Made by a program: the position numbers and the translations under genes | Shown: positions 26,461-38,265 of the stretch, piece by piece | How positions within the stretch are numbered: the stretch's first letter is position 1 | How the letters are laid out: the number at the start of each line of letters is the position of its first letter | Assembly: GCA_964016885.1 (NCBI GenBank) | Contig: OZ024740.1 | Location: 87,482,001 to 87,546,000 of the forward strand | DNA: 64,000 nt | DNA from: Eledone cirrhosa | Lineage: Eukaryota | Reading direction: 5' to 3' | Notes under the pieces: generated by a model | The model's database searches: none | Seen by the model: only the letters and a program-made list of their open reading frames with translations | Told to the model about the DNA's origin: nothing

Positions 26461-27903
26461 TGGCAGTGAAGAATAGAATTAGTAACATACACATGTTTTT
26501 CTACATCTGTATTCATCATCATGTTTTGTTTGTTTTCCATACTAGTAAGAGTTCGATGAGTGACAACAATCTATGACTATCCTGATCGGGGAATCACAGC
26601 TTGCCCATACATTTCAGTTTTGGCATGGCTTCTATAACTAGATGCCCTTCCTAATGCTAGCCACTTTACTTAGTGTACTGGGTGAAATTTGATGTGACAC
26701 CAAAACCACCACATTGTATGTTCTTCTGTTCTTATACTGGCATGGAGACACATTGAAAAAGATTAGTATCATTCAGAGCAGGGATTTCTAAAGTTGATTT
26801 CACAAAACAATTTTCTTAGACATCGTCTTTTCATGAAGTTTAAAGTTCACAATTTTATTTTAGAATATAAATTGTCCCTCTAAAACAATTTTTGTTCTTT
26901 AGATTAAGATGCTGGAGAATATCTAAAATACAGTTATGGGTGTTGGAATCTTTGAAAAATCATTTAAGGGTTCCAGGCCAAAATCAGTTTGAAGCTAAGC
27001 TACTAGCAAAAGAAGATTAAACAAAATGTATTTCAGTGTTTAGTTATATCTCTACATATTCTGATTTCAAATCCAGTTGAGGTCAACTTTGTTTTTTATC
27101 TTTCCAGAAGAGAGCCAAAGAAAATATCAGTCAAATACTCAAGGGTCAATAAAATCGACTGGTTCCTTTTGCAAAGATGTGTGGCCTTATGTAATATTTA
27201 GATACTTCTGTGTGTATTATGCTTCGATTCAGTCTGTCAAATTTGTCTTTCATCTTGCTGAAAGATGAATAAGTACATGGTATGTAAGGGAGGTCGATTG
27301 AATTGATTATACCCCACTAATTCCACCACTACCACTCTACACATTTGTAGTCTTTTGCCAGTGTAAGAAATCGTTACTATTGGCAATTTAGAAACATGCT
27401 TCGTAAGCATTGTAATATTTGGCCTATATTAATAGTATAAATACAGCTGAAAGAAAACAAATATTTCTAATGTATTTGGTACATAAATGTACTGACAAAC
27501 AGTAGTATATTTGTTGTTGCTGTTGCTGAGAAAGCCAACTGGTCATTAGGGAGAACCAATTTATATTTGGTTATGCAGATAAAATTGTGGACAGCATGTT
27601 GATAATTTCCATAGAATACTTTCATTCCATTGGCACATCAGCTATTGCCATTTTGTTTATATTGTTGACATACTGCCCCACTATTTTGATCTTTAAAAGC
27701 TTCTGTTCTGCCATTTTAAAGATGGTCGTCTGGAAGATACTTGGCTGTTGTTAACCTTATTATGTTTTATAAAACTTTCTAAAATAGAATAAGTTTGTAA
27801 TGCCATGGACTATACATTAGACACTACCATTTGGCTATGTTGTTCCTGGTTCAATACCACTATGGCATGTTAGGTAATTGTCTTCTACCATAGACTGGAC
27901 TCA

Positions 27904-28195
27904 CATGACTTAGCAGTTAGAGAATTGGATTCGCAATAGTGAGGTTGTGAGTTCAATTCCCAGACCAGGCGATGTGTTATGTCCTTGAGCAAGACACTTT
28001 AATTCATGCTGCTGTTTCTGCCATGGGTTGCGACTAGTAGATGAATCAACAATGGAAAGACCAATGAAAACATTGTTTTCTTGGTCCAGTTGGACAAATT
28101 CAAACCTACTTGGTAAGCGAATGAGGTCTGGGATGTCGATTGATTCAATCATATCGATAGTCTCAAATTGGCCAATGCTTTGTGAGTGAAATGTG
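27904..28195 (+). mobile_element. CORE-like SINE with a different 3' part
   Basis: GGTTGTGAGTTCAATTCCCAGACCAGG..GTCCTTGAGCAAGACACTTTAA. The 3' boundary is approximate. Confidence 0.7.
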
Positions 28196-31100
28196 AAAGA
28201 CAAAAACTACAAAGAAGCTTTGTATGTCTTTTTCTCCCAGATTTCTGGAATGTCTACATTTTTCACTGATGTATATTGACAGACAAGTTAATAATGGACA
28301 GAAAACTGATAAACCAGGGCTTTTGAGCTGAAATATTGAATGGTATTTGTTCAGACATTTTGCTTTGTCACTAACCTCATCATAAATGTGATTGCCCAGT
28401 GCAGACTGACAATCAACAACAACATTATTCACTAAATATAATTATAACAAATAGGTAAGTGAACTTGTTCCTTAAAGATTCCAGTTAGCTCTTTGTTTAA
28501 CCACAGACCTATCATCAAAAGCATTCTAGCTGTGGCTTGCTTATGTTTTTCGAGTAATATAGCGTAACATTATCTAATGTTTCGTTCTTTACAAAGGCAG
28601 TAATGTAAACCAGGGGAGATTTGGCAGCAATTTCTAGCTGGTGAAATAAATGCTCAAAAGGCTTCCGGTTGAGTTTTGACAAGTTTTCACAAGAACTGGA
28701 CTTACCTATAATGGGTTTCATAATCCTCTAATATTCAACAAGTGGTATATAAAAAAAGCTAGTTATTACTGTTTAGGCCTAGCCCTCTTCTGACTGAGCA
28801 GATCTATAATCAAAAACATTTCAGCATAACCATTATGGTAGATTATGATTTGAGAGAATTTGGCTGCTATTTCTGATAGGTTGAACAACACAACATAGAA
28901 GTTGCGTTATTGATTGGGTAATGTGGTGAATGTTAAGGTATGTGTCAGAGAAGACAAACATTCCCATGATAATTTCTCATGGGTAAATTGATCTTGCCCA
29001 TTTATGAGCGTTTCTGTTTCTACTTTTAAATAAGGATATTTGGAGCCATTTTTAGGATTCTTTGTAAATTTACCACTGTACTGTTTATCCATCCATACTA
29101 GTTCTTTTTGCAGTTATTTATGGGTGGAATTGCTCCAGCATCAAACAGCTTGCTTTGCAATATTTGTTCCAACTCGTTACAATTCTGAGCTCAAATCCAG
29201 CTGAGGTCAATCAAATAAAGTACCAATCAATAATTGGTATTAGTGTAATAAACTAACTCCTCCCAACACAAAAAAAAATTCTGAGCCATGTGCCTCTGCT
29301 AGAAACAATTATTATTATTGTTGTTGTTAACTTTGAAATGTATGTGTGTTTTGAATATAAATTGCAGAATATTTAACGAACTTTTAAATAGAGCTATTAA
29401 AAAGCAATAATGAGATGAAACTTTAAAAATTCAGGTAGGAACATTATTCTAAACAGGAAACTATCATAGATATAAAAAAGTAAAATAAATACAAAAAATA
29501 TATAAAAGTTGGTTATAATGAATAATCATAGAAGAAGCAAATTTTTGCATCATACTTCTATAAAGCATTTTTAAACATTTCCTTCCAACTGAATGTTTTA
29601 AGCCATACAATTTTCATCTATGAATGTAACGATATGGTGTTGTTATCAAGGGGAAAATATACAATAACTACTATATAGCAGCCTGGACACAACAAGAATA
29701 TTATTGGTTGCTTGTTTTTGAGTTAATGGCTCTTCCAAATTACTAAATACAGCTCCAATAGACAGTAATGAATACTTTCAAAGAAATCTGACATTTTTAT
29801 GGTTGAATAAAAAAAAATTGCTTAAACAAAGAGAACATTTTCAAGAGAATAAAAAGTAAAAGCAAATAATGCACAATGAAAATAATATTTTTTAATGGTT
29901 TTTTTCATATTTTCTTTAAGCTTTCTATTTTTGTCATAAGTAGTAGGTAAAAATAAATTTTAACCAAAACTAACTTTAAAAAACAGCAATCAAATCTATC
30001 AAAATACTGTATGTTCATCAATGAAGTAGTCCTGTTGAAGACATCATAAAAACAAAAATAGATTTTTTTTTCCCCAGGAAAAAGATATATTTCTATGAAA
30101 ATGCTATAAAAATTGATCACGCAAACGTCAAAGAATATTTTAGGCATAAAGCTGTAACTCTTAAAATATATCCTAAATATTGTATGATTTTTACAAAACA
30201 TTGCTAATGGTTGAGTAAGTTATGTTTCCGATGCCATTATAAAGATCATGCTACAACTATCTTGAATCTAAACCATAATTTAGCTGTAGATGTAGTATTA
30301 TTTCATAATTAGCATTACACTAAAGTTATAAACAATTTTGTTAACTGGACTGCATCTTGGTTTTCAAAACTGGTACACTCTATTGCTACAGTATGTTAAA
30401 AGAAGTAACTGAAAGGGCATCCAAAAACCCCAGCCAAGCCATGCCAGCATGAAAAAGCAGGCATAAAAAAGTTTAGCCAGATCTACTTCAAATCATAAAT
30501 GCCATTTTAAGAGAAAAAAGAATACAATAATATAATTCAGCATATACAGAAATATGAGATGGTCAAGGCTAGAACCCATTGATCATTGATTTACCCAACC
30601 AGGCCCAAGCTCACTTAAAGCAAATCAATAGAAATGTTATTAAAATTGCCTACTCTTCTAAAATATGCAAAACAGTGAAAGCTGAATATTTAAGTTTGTT
30701 AAATTATACCACCTCTTTGAGGACAAGTTTCTGCATTTATAAAGAATTTGCTGTTGTTATTAGTGTTGTTTAGCCACAGGGTAATCTCGATAAAGCAGAC
30801 CTATAATTTCACATTTAAATTAAAATTTCAAAACTTATTGAAATGAGATTTCAGTAGGTCAACACCAACAGAACACACATTTCATTATATAATGTTACAA
30901 ATATTTGTTAATCCCCTCAAAAATGTTGATTATATTGAAAATTAATTAAAACACACAGGCTGTTTTATTCATTAAAAATATAGTCACAAAAGGGATAAGT
31001 TAACCGATCATTAGACTGGAAACTCTTATATATCTGGTTCAGTTGTGTGTTCAAATCTTGTTAGGTTCGACTTTGTCGTTCATTCTGCTAAAGCCAATTA

Positions 31101-31351
31101 ACTAAAATTCAGTATGATACTAAAGTCAATTCAAATCACTTTGCCACTCTTAGATGGTGTAGTAAAGCTAAGTATGGACATATGCAGAGCTGAGTGGTTA
31201 AAATGCTTCCTTGCAGCTTGGACAAATGTTTCTAGCATAACTAGGTTGACCCTAGCTTGTAAGTAAAACTGAGTTCACAGAAACTATGGAATCTCATTAA
31301 ATGGATTGTACCTCTAATTCAAAGATTCAGCTTGATAAATACATTTAAGGT

Positions 31352-31976
31352 CATTATCATCACTGTTTTACGTCCATTCTTCCATGCTAGCATGGGTTAG
31401 ACAGGTTGTCCTGTTGTGAGCAGTGCCTGGTCGGCTGACCTTGTTTTGCTCATATGGGAACTGAGTCTGGCTTGATTTCTACAGCTGGATGCCCTTCCTA
31501 ACACCAACCTCATTTACAGTGAGTGCTGAGTGCTTTTTTCCGTGGTGCCTACACGATCACTTTACAGTGTGGGCTGGGTGGTTTTTGCCATGGCACCTCC
31601 ACGACCACTTTGTAGTGGGAGGGGTTGGGGGTCATATTGTCTATATGCTTCAGCTTCGGCTTGTACCCATGGGAAGTCGGATCTTCTGTATTACTGCATG
31701 ACGCCAGAGGTCTTGGTCCTGTGTCATAACCTTTGAGAGGTGCAATTGGATAAAGTCAGCTTTTATCACCTCATCCCAGGTCTTCTTGGGTCTCCCCACT
31801 CCACGCCTTCCATTGACTTCTAGTGCTCTGCACCTTTTTATGCAGCTGTCATCCTTCATACACGTCACATGTCCATACCAATGCAACCTCCTCTCCTGCA
31901 CACAGCATTTAATTCCTCTTATGCTCAGTCTCTCTCTCAATTCGTTTATGCTTTGCCATTCGCATATATTACTATT
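31352..31976 (-). mobile_element. RTE family B, 3' fragment
   Basis: ORF 31650..31940 ([32 protein letters not shown]) plus a 3' UTR homologous to 13256-13880. Confidence 0.92.
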
Positions 31977-32251
31977 AAGGTATATATTCCTATAATATAC
32001 TCAGCAAATTGCACATTGGTTTAATAATGAGTGGGATTTTCAGTTGCTTGAACAACCTCATGCTCATCATAGAATTTGGTGGAAATTCTATTGTGGCTGG
32101 GTGGATAATGTATCCAATTACAAGATCATTGGTTGAAATTCACAACCCTACTGGTATTTCATTTAATTTCTAAGCAGAACACATTTTACATTACCTAGTT
32201 GTCAAGAATAGATAGAAAATCATCTGAGGAAGCTGCCTTCAAAAGACAAGC

Positions 32252-32485
32252 TTAACCCTTTGATTAACATATTTCTGATGAAATATACTCCCTATGTGTT
32301 TCAATTAATTTTGAAAATAACCAAAAACTTGGAGAAATATAATAAAATAACTAAGATTTTTAACAGTAAGCTGATATTTCTAAAATAAAATTATGATGAA
32401 AGATTTCTATATAAAGATAAATATTTTAAAGTCATCAGTTTGGTATCATAAATCTGGGGCAGTTTCAGGTGGTTTGGTATCATAA
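32252..32485. mobile_element. TTAA-CCC MITE (piggyBac-like), degenerate, opposite orientation to the 42936 copy
   Basis: Starts TTAACCCTTTG. Ends with CAGGTGGTTTGGTATCA, which is the reverse complement of the start region of 42936-43196. Confidence 0.6.
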
Positions 32486-34351
32486 AACATTGCCATGAAA
32501 TTTGAAATAGGCACTAGCCTTTAAAAACCTTGTGTGTCTTAGGAGGCATTTACATATTTTTGCACCTTCCTTGTTTTATAGAAGAACTCCAATGTTAGTT
32601 TATGAAACTTTTTCCTTAATCTCCCAAGTCACTTAGGGCATCTTTGATATGACAGCAGTAGTATTTTCTATTACTATGTGCTTGAATCAATAACTAATCA
32701 GCTAAAGCCAGCTAATTTTCTCCCTGAATAAAATACGTTATCAATTCTCCCTTTACATAAGCGTATCACTGCATAATTTTCTGCTGAATACCAGCTAAGA
32801 TGTTGTTCTATTCATCTGTTCTACCGTCGGGTAACTGATATTGGTCGTAGATAGTATTTCAAAGGGTTTTCGCAAATGGCCAACTATTTCAATAACGACT
32901 TGCAGCTTTTCAATTACTTTAACATCAATAAGCAGGCAAGATATGAGGCTTTCAACACCAATTTCTATTATATATAAACACATATAGTTCTGAATGTATT
33001 TACAGCAGCACAGAAATACAGTGTAAAGACTAAACAATTGTTAAATAGGTATGAATAAGTTTAATCTTTGGCTTATATTCTACTCTGTTAGCTGAATGAT
33101 TAGAAAAACTGAGAGAAAACTAAAATCAATTGTTTTAGAGAGGAAGTCGTTTCTTTCTCACTTAACAAACAGTTTTCAAAATGAACACACAATCAAGTCT
33201 AATTGAAATTTGAAAATCTTTAAAAAATTGAATGACTGAATCATTTTAGTAAAGGCAAAAAATAAAATAATAATAATAATAAAATAAAGCACTTTAAGAA
33301 AATTGAAGATATTGTATTTGAATTCTAATGAAATTTCAGTCAGTGAAAGCAAAGAATTTGACAACTAAGGACAGAGATATTTTTTGGTCAATAATAATAT
33401 TAAAGAGATTTTATAAAACTAACCCATATTTAAGTTGTTCTGCTCTTTGAGAAAACTAATTTCCTCTTGGTGCAATATATTGACTGAAAATCCATTAAAA
33501 CAAGTAGTGAAATTATCAAACAAAAAATGAAAATAATGCCAAACTAGCATATGAAGATATTCATGTCCTATATTTGTATGATGAGACAAAAGCTATAATA
33601 AAGATAATAGATGGCTTTAAAGATTTTTTTAAAACTTCATTTCATAAAATGCTGTTATAATACAGTTTGTCAGATTTGTCAAATCTATTTCATATAATGT
33701 AAGATTCGAAATAGGAAATTGCTTTTTTATTGACAAAAATATGTAGAAGAAATATAAGCCTAAAGCAAACCTTATATGCAGAAATGTGGAAAATATTTAA
33801 TGAAAGAAAACTCAATATTTTACTTGGCATATAGAGATTAGTGTAAATCTCCCTTTAATGTGTATTAAATACATGACAATACTACATCAGAATGATAGAG
33901 AGAAATGCTTGAATATTTGGAAAAATTGAAGCGGAAAATGATACTATGAATGTTTTATGTGCTCCCTCAAAAAATCTTCATACAGTTAGTTTTACTTGGA
34001 CAATATTTCAAAATATAATGGAAAGAATATAAAGTTTTAAAACATTTCTTTTATCGAAAGCATATAGAATATGAATCACATTAGGTTTTTATTTTACATC
34101 TTTTCCATTATTTAAAAAAAATATTTTTCAAATTTCTTTTTCTTAAGTTTATTCATCACATGATTGTTATTGAGAAATGGCTGTGGAATTGTGATGCTAG
34201 ACTACTGACCACATCATCAGTTGTTCAAACCTTACTACAACAAGGGAAGTATGTTTTGAATGTGGTGAGCGAAGTTTAGAATTGAAATAGAAAAAAAAAG
34301 CATTGCCATATCATTGACTAAACAATATAGTGGCTTTATATGCCCCATTAT

Positions 34352-34523
34352 TGGTAGAGGATCGGATGCCATGCTTTGCAGCATAGAGTTTCTATTTATG
34401 GTCTGAGTTCAAATCCTGCTGAGGTTAACTTTGCCTTTCATCCTTACAGGGTCGATAAAATAAAGCACCAGTAATGCACTGGGGTAATTGCTGGCCTTGT
34501 GTTAAAAGTAATAACAATTATTA
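34352..34523 (+). mobile_element. Meta-like SINE (left arm of the foldback)
   Basis: Family homology with 25726-25923. Confidence 0.88.
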
Positions 34524-34604
34524 ATGGTAGTGTAATGGTAGCGTACTTGTCCAGCAAATGAGATGTGTGGGTTTCACTCCCATGTGTGCCGATACCCATC
34601 ACTA

Positions 34605-34778
34605 AATAATTGTTTCTACTTTTGGCACAAGGCCAGCAATTACCCAGTGCATTACTGGTACTTTATTTTATCGACCTCGTAAGGATGAAAGGCAAAGTTA
34701 AGCTCGGCAGGATTTGAACTCAGTCCATAAAGGAACGTAACTGCTGCAAAGCATGGCGTCCGACCCTCTACCGATACT
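34605..34778 (-). mobile_element. Meta-like SINE (right arm of the foldback)
   Basis: Family homology with 25726-25923, reverse strand. Confidence 0.88.
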
Positions 34779-36815
34779 AGGGTTTATACACCCCATTATT
34801 AGACTATATTATTTAGTCAATGTTATGGCGAAGCTTCTATTTCTAAACAAGGCTAATTCAACTGTAAAACTTTGTTAAACTAACATTTTGATATGTAAAA
34901 CAATGATGATGGTGAACATCCTACATATCACTGTCTTTCTTCTATTACTCACTCTATCCCATCACTATTTTCCCCTATCAGATACATAATTTGTTTCCCT
35001 TTCACCACTCCTCCTGGGTCACCATTCTTGTCTGCTCATACTCACAGTTACATTTTGATGGCCTTTAAATTTGATGATCACTGAGAAAACTAAAAATAAA
35101 TAGCTTTGGAGAACATTTCAAGCCATGTACAAGAATGTTAGCAATGTTAATCATGAGTTCAACAAGAAATTTAATGTATAGATAACTGTGTACTTGGACT
35201 GTCTTCAGCTCACATCTTTTCACCAATGTTCTTGAGAGAATAACATTGGCTTTTTGCTCAAATTGTTCTACAAAATATTCAACATGTTTTTCTTAAATAT
35301 GCGACACAAATTTGACCTACTCTTGTAATATCTACCTAGATTTTATACTTAAAGAAGCCTTCCATAAATACTGAGAACACACTTTTCTGATTAAAATTAC
35401 TCAAGCTAAGCTGGCTAGTATTTTAACTTTTACGATGTATTTGTATTATCTCTGGTTGGTTACTAAAATCTGTCAAAGTGTACAACTATTACTGAAGGTT
35501 CAAACTCATTTATCTTTATCTTTGTTCAGTGCCAATACAAATGGAATTCCTATTTTATTATACGCTATGAGTTTATAGAGACTATTTTTTATGCTTGTTT
35601 TTATTTTAATTAAAGGAATTTGTAAAATAATGAATCATTAGTAAGTGTTAAATAGTTTTTAACAGTATTTATGGGAGGAAAACTCCTATTTTACAAATTA
35701 CAGCTTTATCTAATTACTTAAGATTTTCTTTGGAATTTCAAATCATATCATTACTCAAAACAAAGCAATTGCAAACAAAAAGTACTCAGTGATTATTTAT
35801 TTACATTTATTTTTTTCCCTCATTGTGAAGGAAAGACAAACAACTTGATGCCAAAAACCAATCCCTTTCTGATCATATGAAAATGCTTCATATTAGCATT
35901 AGGATGAATTATAATTGGACATTGATTTGTGTAATGTTGGAGTGTGTTTTCTTAATACACAAATGAGCTATGATCAGGGGGTGGTGAGAGAGTAAAACAA
36001 TACAAACATAAGCAAAAATAAAAGTAAATATTAGAATCCAAAACAAAACACAAATCAGAGGCCCTTGCTATTAAATGTTGACATCAGATGAACTACAAGC
36101 AATAAAAATGCATGACAATAAAGAATACAAAATATATAAATGTTCCAACAAGATGGATAAACATTTGCTATTAGTGTAAGAGAACTCCACAAACAAAGTA
36201 ATAAATAATATAAAAAGAAATATATAGTATAAAACAGAATTCAGTTTATAACTGATGTATATTTTTAGAACTAATCTCTTGTTATCACTGATAATTACAA
36301 ACTGATACACTAATGAAATTAATGACAAATGAGGTTTTGTTTTTGTAATGAGTATAAAGTAGGATGGGGGAAAAAATCCCCAAAAATAAACGAAGAAAAA
36401 AGGAAACTGATTCTGAAAGTAACTGCTTATAACATACCTCACTTTACATATTGTTTTTACTAGTTTGCTTATGACTACTTTGTACTAGAGATAACCCACA
36501 AGTTTATACATTAGTGTAGGTTTAGACAGCTTCCTATGAGGTTGCATCAGTGTTTAATGACAGAGACACCAGTCCTATCATGTCACTTTTTTTTTTTTTT
36601 CATTAACAAAAGAAATTTGAACTTAGATAAAACAGGGACAGAACAGAAACTACAAAGAATTCCATCTAATGCTTTTGCAATTCTGCCAATCCACAGTTAT
36701 TGCTGGACTGGTACATTATTGACTCTATGAAGGATGAAAGGCAATGTTGACCCTGGCAGGATTTTATCTCAGAGTACAGAGAGTTGGAACAAATACAGCA
36801 ATACATTTAATCTGA

Positions 36816-37231
36816 CACATTAATTTGACTATCAATTCACCACCTGTATCCTTTAGTGTAGCAATTAATTAGAAATAAAAAGTCATTTGCTATTTAATCC
36901 ACATGGTAATAATCAAATACACCATAATCCTACCCAGATATTAGAATTTTTGAGATGATTTCTATTAAAATAACTTTTTAGATGAAGCATGGCTGTGTTA
37001 TTAAGAAGTTTGCTTCATAACCACCACATTAATTGACTATCAATTCACCACCTGTATCCTTTAGTGTAGCAATTAATTAGAAATAAAAAGTCATTTGCTA
37101 TTTAATCACATGGTAATAATCAAATACACCATCATCCTACCTAGATATTAGAATTTTTGAGATGATTTCTATTAAAATAACTTTTTAGATGAAGCATGGC
37201 TGTGTTATTAAGAAGTTTGCTTCATAACCAC
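36816..37231. repeat. Near-identical tandem duplication, 2 x ~208 bp
   Basis: 36816-37024 and 37025-37231 differ at only a handful of positions. Confidence 0.93.
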
Positions 37232-37347
37232 ATAATTTGAGGTTCCATCCCACTGCACAGAGGAATCTATTGCTATAAGCTCAGGCTGACCATTGCCTGG
37301 AGTGAATTTGATAGACAGAAACTGAAAAACACCTTTTATATGTGTGT

Positions 37348-37466
37348 GACCCATGCTAGCATGGAAAATGGATGCTAAACGATGATGATAGATATATAAT
37401 GAAATTATCGATATCATCATCATCATCTTTGTTTAACGTCCATCTTCCATGTTAGCATGGGTTAGA
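37348..37466. mobile_element. Two RTE/SINE 3' tips tail-to-tail
   Basis: ACCCATGCTAGCATGGAAAATGGA..AAACGATGATGAT, a short spacer, then ATCATCATC..AACGTCCATCTTCCATGTTAGCATGGGTT. Confidence 0.8.
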
Positions 37467-38072
37467 CATGTAAATATAAAAATATTGACTTGTTGACCAA
37501 TAACCGCTCAATACAAAGAGCATTAAACTACCTAGCAGAGAGAACGCACATAGATATTGTTATTGGTACAACAATTTTGATATCCTGCACAAAAATCACA
37601 GAGCATATCAGTTAGAACAATGAAATATTCCTTATTTTATATTAAGCAATATATAGTTCATATCATCATCATCATTTTACGTCCGCTCTTCCCTGCTTAC
37701 AGAAATTTAAAAAATACCCTTTTATTTATGTATGTGTTTGTATGTATGCATCCTCATAACACACTTTAAGCAAGTGGTGATGTTTGTTCATGTCCAGCAT
37801 GATCTGTACATCCCATAGCAATGGCTTGACAAGGACTGATATATACTATTCATATGAATAAAGTACTGGTTAGTGTCAGGAAGGGTGTTTGACATAGAAA
37901 AACTACCTTCACCTATGCCAGCATAGAAAAGTGGACATAAAATGAATGATGATGGTGATTAATCCTGAAATGTCCAATATTTTCCCAAGATCTGTGCCAA
38001 GCAGTAAAATACATGTTACGAAAGGTTTATTTCACAAAAGCCTTTGAAATAACACACAACAGATCTGAGAAT

Positions 38073-38265
38073 TGACTGAAAAAGTTCTCAGGCTGACCAA
38101 GATACTCTCATAGAGTGACGAAATGAGGCTTGTTTTTCAACGTAGTCCCTCGAAAGAAACAATGCAGTTATTAATAAGAGTTGAAATTAATGTAAGCAAG
38201 ATTTCACAGTTCTAGCATCAATCCTTCATAGTCAGCTTTATGAACTTTTCAGCTGGCCCTTGTAA
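38073..38265. mobile_element. Tc1/mariner-like MITE, second copy
   Basis: CTGAAAAAGTTC..GGCTGAC at the left and GTCAGC..GAACTTTTCAG..CCCTTGTA at the right. Reverse-complement homolog of 12063-12284. Confidence 0.62.

Larger units (their letters stand above)
34274..34848. repeat. ~570 bp imperfect foldback: outer arms, two tail-to-tail Meta-like SINEs and an ~80 bp tRNA-like spacer
   Basis: Outer arms GCCATATCATTGACTAAACAATATAGT and ACTATATTATTTAGTCAATGTTATGGC. SINEs at 34352-34523 (+) and 34605-34778 (-). Confidence 0.85.

Noticed and set aside
28163-28432. 89-aa minus-strand ORF (similarly 32795..33037)
   Set aside because: No recognisable domain, no consistent splice pair, and the length is expected by chance.
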